64,000 nt of DNA, taken from the IMG/VR virus record IMGVR_UViG_3300032235_001069, positions 1 through 64,000 of that record. One strand, given 5' to 3'. This stretch comes from a virus. A program made the translations under genes and the position numbers. Of this stretch, positions 59,949-64,000 are shown piece by piece; within the stretch, counting starts at the first letter, position 1; each line of letters starts with the position of its first letter. A model generated the notes under the pieces. The model had not been told where the DNA came from and searched no databases. It was given only the letters and a program-made list of their open reading frames with translations.

Positions 59949-60644
59949 TTAGACATGAATTACAAAGCCCGAATTATCTTTTTTTGCTGGTCCCTTGGCA
60001 CGCAGTCCCACGATTGCGTTCTTTGGATCAAGGAAGCGGAGATCGTTTTCATCTCCGTCAATGACTTTGAAACCTTCGTGTTCTGTTGGCAAGGGTTGAT
60101 CTTTTTTAGTGGAGAAAACAAAAGCTGAATTGTTTCCTTTTGCTAAAGCTGCGAACGATTTAACTTGAGACACTTTAGTCTCTGCGCGTGAAAAAGTCAA
60201 GTGGTAATTTGAAATTGTCAAGTCCAAACGATCAAACAATTTTATGTAATCATAGAACTGCACACCAGAAAAATGCTGGAAAATGTTTTTTCCCTTGTGG
60301 ATAATGTCTTCCCATCTGATATCAGAAGTCAAGTTGAGACGAAACACAGCTTGCAAGCTTTTCTTTGCGGCTGATTTGATTCCTGTCTCAATTTCTTTGA
60401 TTAAATTATCCATGAACAAAGCCTGCTCTTCAAAGAAGCTTTTTGTTTTTTCGATTCGCTGTGGCTGAACCATGACACCCATGCCTGCCAAGTTAAGGCA
60501 AGAATCTGTGCAACCTTTTGATCTGCCTTGACAAACTTCATACCCGCTAATGTTAGCGGGTGCAAAGTGAATGCCAAAGGTTTCGTATCCGAAGGATCTG
60601 CCCTTCAGTGTTTTGTAATTAGCAACGGTGAGTATTTTTTGCAT
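59949..60644 (-). CDS. GP88-like phage protein
   Basis: C-x6-C-x3-CL, RLNLTSDI.W, QFYDY.K, NYHLTFS, DGDENDLRFLD, GLRAKG. Confidence 0.75.
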   Translation of the reverse strand: MQKILTVANYKTLKGRSFGYETFGIHFAPANISGYEVCQGRSKGCTDSCLNLAGMGVMVQPQRIEKTKSFFEEQALFMDNLIKEIETGIKSAAKKSLQAVFRLNLTSDIRWEDIIHKGKNIFQHFSGVQFYDYIKLFDRLDLTISNYHLTFSRAETKVSQVKSFAALAKGNNSAFVFSTKKDQPLPTEHEGFKVIDGDENDLRFLDPKNAIVGLRAKGPAKKDNSGFVIHV

Positions 60645-60649
60645 GACGT

Positions 60650-60770
60650 AAGAATATCACTAGCAAGGGTTCGTGCAACAATTATTTCGCAAAATATTTA
60701 CGCCTTTAGGCGTAATAGTTCTTGACATCCCAGCCAGGGCTACCCCTGGCCCCCACCCGATGGGTGGGGG
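60650..60770 (-). promoter_or_regulatory. hairpin-promoter module B plus GC-rich hairpin
   Basis: TTGCAC...TATTCT on -; TTACGCCTTTAGGCGTAA; TTGACA; CCAGGGCTACCCCTGG. Confidence 0.8.
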
Positions 60771-60823
60771 TCAGCTTCCCGATAGTGTTGGTAGTCAGTT
60801 AAACAAACCAAAAAACAAACCAA

Positions 60824-61078
60824 CTATCTATTTGGAAGAATGGAATTGTCCAAGATTCTGTCAAGGTAGAACATTCCGAAGTGTGGTTGCTCCACCTTAC
60901 CGTTCTTTGCTACTATGTAGAGAGTGACAGCTTCAGGTGGGCAATGGTTAGTTCCACCTTTTGATCCTTTCTTTACGCCAGTACGAACGGTGTAGGTGTT
61001 TGTTTCACCTTTCTTGTTGTGATACTTAATCGAAAAGAACTTTCCGTTTGTTGTTGCGATAATGCGTTTGCCAATCAT
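60824..61078 (-). CDS. small phage protein
   Basis: GKFFSI...KKGE...RTGVKK. Confidence 0.65.
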   Translation of the reverse strand: MIGKRIIATTNGKFFSIKYHNKKGETNTYTVRTGVKKGSKGGTNHCPPEAVTLYIVAKNGKVEQPHFGMFYLDRILDNSILPNR

Positions 61079-61082
61079 AATG

Positions 61083-61334
61083 TTATTCCTCGTCTTCGTC
61101 GTCAAAATCTTCGTCCTCGTCGTCCCAATCATCTGGTTCTGTGGTGTTCATCGCAATGGTGGCGAGCAGATGATCGTAGTCTCCGCTTTGCGCTTCTTCT
61201 AGAACCGCACGAACTTCTTCTTGTGACCAGCCTTGGCGAAGCGCATTGCTTCTCCATGTTCCCATGATCACGAATGCATTGCCATCGAGGCCGACCAACT
61301 GCATCTTAACTTTCTTGGTTTTTGTGTTTTGCAT
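61083..61334 (-). CDS. small phage protein
   Basis: LVGLDGNAF.IMG...SGDYDHLL. Confidence 0.7.
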   Translation of the reverse strand: MQNTKTKKVKMQLVGLDGNAFVIMGTWRSNALRQGWSQEEVRAVLEEAQSGDYDHLLATIAMNTTEPDDWDDEDEDFDDEDEE

Positions 61335-61424
61335 GTCGCTTGTATTGTTTTTTGCTTGGTTGTACGACTCGCAACATTCTGTTGCCCCATCGTAAAGTTT
61401 TTTGATAGGTTACTCCATCAACTT

Positions 61425-61667
61425 TTAGTTGTTTCTTTTTGGAGTCCATACTTTGAGCATAGCCTCATCCTTCATAATGTCAATACCGAATCCTAAAGTC
61501 TGGAAAGTATTTCTGAGAGTGTAGGCTTGGAGTTCAAGAATCTTTTTCATTTCGCTAGTTGACATTGCATCGCCAACAGCTTCCTGCGTAGCCCTGTGGA
61601 ATGCGTAAAGCATTTCACAGAACTGGTTTACCAACGGGGTCAACTCTTCAATAGTGCTTTTGTTCAT
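61425..61667 (-). CDS. hypothetical protein
   Basis: directly below module C. Confidence 0.6.
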   Translation of the reverse strand: MNKSTIEELTPLVNQFCEMLYAFHRATQEAVGDAMSTSEMKKILELQAYTLRNTFQTLGFGIDIMKDEAMLKVWTPKRNN

Positions 61668-61673
61668 GTGAGA

Positions 61674-61790
61674 AGCATATACAGAGCAAACGAATGCGCA
61701 ACATTTATTTCAAAAATATTTACGTCCTTGGACGTAATAGTTGTTGACAGTCCAGCCAGGGGTAGCCCTGGACCCCCGCCTTTCGGCGGG
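61674..61790 (-). promoter_or_regulatory. hairpin-promoter module C
   Basis: TTGCGC...TATGCT on -; TTACGTCCTTGGACGTAA; TTGACA; CCAGGGGTAGCCCTGG. Confidence 0.8.
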
Positions 61791-61808
61791 AGCCCATTCG
61801 TATGGAAA

Positions 61809-62114
61809 TTAATGTGCGACTACTTCTGCTTCGTCGATTTCTATAGAGAAGTCTCCACCACCAAAGGAGAATTCAAGCTCATTACCCGTAAGGGAAACTT
61901 CTTGAGGAAGCCTGCGATCTGTTTTATGGTTAAGTAGAACGCTGTGATCCATCCCATCTTTCCACCTTTCGAGGTGAACATTAGTGGGAACGAAGTGGGA
62001 GACATGATTCCAGAGAATCAATCTTTCTCCCTTTTTGATTGCTCTCTTGACTCTCTCAACGTGAGCGTGTTTGACTTTGATTGTGATGTTGGTGTTTCCA
62101 ATGTTTGTTTGCAT
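61809..62114 (-). CDS. hypothetical protein
   Basis: directly below module D. Confidence 0.6.
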   Translation of the reverse strand: MQTNIGNTNITIKVKHAHVERVKRAIKKGERLILWNHVSHFVPTNVHLERWKDGMDHSVLLNHKTDRRLPQEVSLTGNELEFSFGGGDFSIEIDEAEVVAH

Positions 62115-62120
62115 GTGAGA

Positions 62121-62236
62121 AGCATAGCAAAAGCTCTCATGCGTGCAACAATTTTAATTAAAAAAAATTACGCACCTGTGCGTAATAGTTGTTGACAGGA
62201 AAGCCAGGGCCCTGGACCCCGCCTTGCGGTGGGGTC
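62121..62236 (-). promoter_or_regulatory. hairpin-promoter module D
   Basis: TTGCAC-16-TATGCT on -; TTACGCACCTGTGCGTAA; TTGACA; CCAGGGCCCTGG. Confidence 0.8.
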
Positions 62237-62244
62237 TGGTTCTT

Positions 62245-62454
62245 TTACGCTTGTTTGATTCTCGCCTCTACGAGCATCTCATTGAACTGGTCAAGCACTT
62301 TCTGCTTGTTGCCTCTCAAACCAAACTCCTTTTTGATTTGAGCATATGCGGAACATCCTTTGATCGGATAGATTCCTTTTGTTTCGAGTTTCAGGGCGCT
62401 TGCCAGCATCAGGAGGCGATAAGCGGAGATTTGTTGTGGTGTGTCTAGTGTCAT
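62245..62454 (-). CDS. small phage protein
   Basis: ALKLE.KG...SAYA.IKKEFGLRGNK.KVL. Confidence 0.65.
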   Translation of the reverse strand: MTLDTPQQISAYRLLMLASALKLETKGIYPIKGCSAYAQIKKEFGLRGNKQKVLDQFNEMLVEARIKQA

Positions 62455-62455
62455 A

Positions 62456-62659
62456 TTAGGTGTAGCATACTGGGTGGATGTCATTCCTGCAACCATTATA
62501 TTTTCTGTTCATCATAATGGAATGGGTGTGCATGACTCTTTTGAGCCTCTGCTTGGATTCTGTCTTGACCTTCTTCAACTTGGAAAGCTCCATCTGCAGA
62601 TAGGTAATCTCATCAATGCTGAGACTTTTTGCGGCTTCAATGATTTGTTTTTTATTCAT
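62456..62659 (-). CDS. hypothetical protein
   Basis: 67 aa in the cassette. Confidence 0.5.
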   Translation of the reverse strand: MNKKQIIEAAKSLSIDEITYLQMELSKLKKVKTESKQRLKRVMHTHSIMMNRKYNGCRNDIHPVCYT

Positions 62660-62664
62660 AAGAA

Positions 62665-63000
62665 TTAGCGAAAGACTCTTGTCAAGTGATTATTGACACC
62701 GTTCTTGAAAAGCTCATAGTCAACGCAGTCAACCGCATCCAACTTGTACCCACCGATATTCCATTCAAACAAAACGTCTGGGCTGGATGGTACACGCTTC
62801 CATGCGTAGATGGTGGCGACTGTATCATTGGGGAACTTTAAGCGCCATTCGATGTTAACTTTTTCGCTTTCATCGATTGGATTATTATGCTTGTCAGGCG
62901 CACCGAATACAGCAACCAATTGGTCGTATGTGCATGAGATGTAACCTTTGAGCGAGGTTCCGTTGATGAGTGGCGTTCTTCTAACTGTTGTAGTTGTCAT
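62665..63000 (-). CDS. conserved small phage protein
   Basis: GTSLKG...YDQLVAVFG.P...KV..EW...ATIY.WK...WNIGG. Confidence 0.7.
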   Translation of the reverse strand: MTTTTVRRTPLINGTSLKGYISCTYDQLVAVFGAPDKHNNPIDESEKVNIEWRLKFPNDTVATIYAWKRVPSSPDVLFEWNIGGYKLDAVDCVDYELFKNGVNNHLTRVFR

Positions 63001-63007
63001 GGATAGA

Positions 63008-63104
63008 AAGATAGCACAGGAAAGAGTGCGTGCAACTTATTTTTCAAAAATAATTACGCCCTTGGGCGTAATAGTGCTTGACAGATCCCCAGGGCTACCC
63101 CTGG
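63008..63104 (-). promoter_or_regulatory. hairpin-promoter module E
   Basis: TTGCAC...TATCTT on -; TTACGCCCTTGGGCGTAA; TTGACA; CCAGGGCTACCCCTGG. Confidence 0.8.
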
Positions 63105-63108
63105 GCGT

Positions 63109-63183
63109 TGGTGGACAGGATGAGACTCGAACTCATAACCAACGCCTTAAAAGGGCGCTGCTCTACCATTGAGCTACCTGTCC
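63109..63183 (-). tRNA. tRNA-Lys(TTT)
   Basis: GGACAGG/CCTGTCC, GCGCC-CTTTTAA-GGCGT, CCA. Confidence 0.92.
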
Positions 63184-63251
63184 CTTTGTGCCAGAGCCTC
63201 CCCTGCACCCGCAGGGGAGGATGGATGACACAACACACCTAACCACAGAAA

Positions 63252-63560
63252 TTATTTTCTTGCTACCTCAAAGCAGTGAGCCGCATGGAGTTCCAGATGT
63301 TTGCGGATGTCTTTAATCTTTTGCTTGACCTCATCTCTTTGAGAGACTGCCATGTTCCAACTCTCATCACCCTTTGGGTAGTAGTCTCGCTTGTGGAACT
63401 CAACCGCAAAAAACTTTTCAGAGAATTGTTCTAACGCACGAAGTGCATCGAAGTATTGTCCACCTAGCGCTTTACCGCTATTCCCATTCATGTGGATAAA
63501 TGGAAAGCAAACAGAAGGATTATCAAGCTGAACTTGTGATTGTGCTGTTTCGGAGATCAT
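63252..63560 (-). CDS. hypothetical phage protein
   Basis: P.IHMNG...L...H.RDYY. Confidence 0.65.
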   Translation of the reverse strand: MISETAQSQVQLDNPSVCFPFIHMNGNSGKALGGQYFDALRALEQFSEKFFAVEFHKRDYYPKGDESWNMAVSQRDEVKQKIKDIRKHLELHAAHCFEVARK

Positions 63561-63712
63561 TGTTGCAAGTATGTTTGGATTTTTTCTTTTAGTTCAATGA
63601 GGAAGTTTTCTTCCACGTTCAATTCGTATGAGAGCTTATCTCTTAAGTCTGCATCTGTCAAGCAATGTTTGCAGATTTCGAGGGCTTTGGTGATGTCTTC
63701 TGGTGTTAACAT
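63557..63712 (-). CDS. hypothetical protein
   Basis: start MLTPEDITK after a TAATATG junction. Confidence 0.5.
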   Translation of the reverse strand: MLTPEDITKALEICKHCLTDADLRDKLSYELNVEENFLIELKEKIQTYLQQ

Positions 63713-63713
63713 A

Positions 63714-63896
63714 TTATGCGTATTTGGCTTCGTACTCTGCATTGCAGATGACATGATCAAGCCAGATCTGAAACTTCTTGAGATTCCATACTCCGCTCTT
63801 GACCCATTCATAGGCTTGTTCGGAGGTAATGCTCAGATAGCCTTCTCTGTCAGTTGATTTGATGTCGTGTTTGTTCATGCCTTCTAGTGTTAGCAT
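63714..63896 (-). CDS. hypothetical protein
   Basis: start MLTLEGM after a TAATATG junction. Confidence 0.5.
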   Translation of the reverse strand: MLTLEGMNKHDIKSTDREGYLSITSEQAYEWVKSGVWNLKKFQIWLDHVICNAEYEAKYA

Positions 63897-64000
63897 ATTA
63901 TGCACTTTCAATCATGCTCATGAGCATTACCTTTACGTTGACTTCCTGCAAAACAATAAACTTGAGTGTTGAATTAATGCATGAGGTGAGTTCGACGAAT

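Noticed and set aside
58665-63083. The + strand TTGACA hexamers as ordinary rightward promoters for track ORFs (58776, 60673, 61596, 62224, 62948)
   Set aside because: No -10 box at 16-18 bp (that position falls at the GC-rich palindrome), and these ORFs are antisense shadows of real genes or RNAs
534-63857. Many 60-170 aa ORFs nested in or antisense to longer genes (e.g. 19911, 20622, 45039, 47399, 52660, 55981)
   Set aside because: Shadow frames without motifs or start context; the opposite-strand gene fits the operon structure

Overview
AT-rich segment of a large tailed dsDNA phage genome, standard genetic code, almost no Shine-Dalgarno sites. A DUF1549-like gene hints at a Verrucomicrobia/Planctomycetes (PVC) host. 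From left to right: virion/tail-fibre genes (- strand, 0.4-7.8 kb); an ssDNA-binding/glycosyltransferase/annealing/GNAT block (+); a lambda-like tail-tip module L-K-I-I-J with a 2892-aa J (-); a long + strand accessory region (guaC, GH46 lysin, tRNA cluster, dCMP deaminase, BGT-like glycosyltransferase, thyX, ECF sigma, MoxR/vWA, many small ORFs); a palindrome array followed by AT-hook and RuvB-like genes (54-56.8 kb); and - strand early-type gene cassettes with more tRNAs. The most unusual non-coding items are two tandem, co-varying ~150-nt structured RNAs inside the tRNA cluster, a 200-nt group I intron in a tRNA(CAT), a tRNA-shaped element that contains the start codon of an ORF, five fixed-geometry promoter modules built around co-varying hairpins, and a GTGTAA motif just upstream of many start codons. 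All family assignments are from motif recognition by eye; no searches were run.
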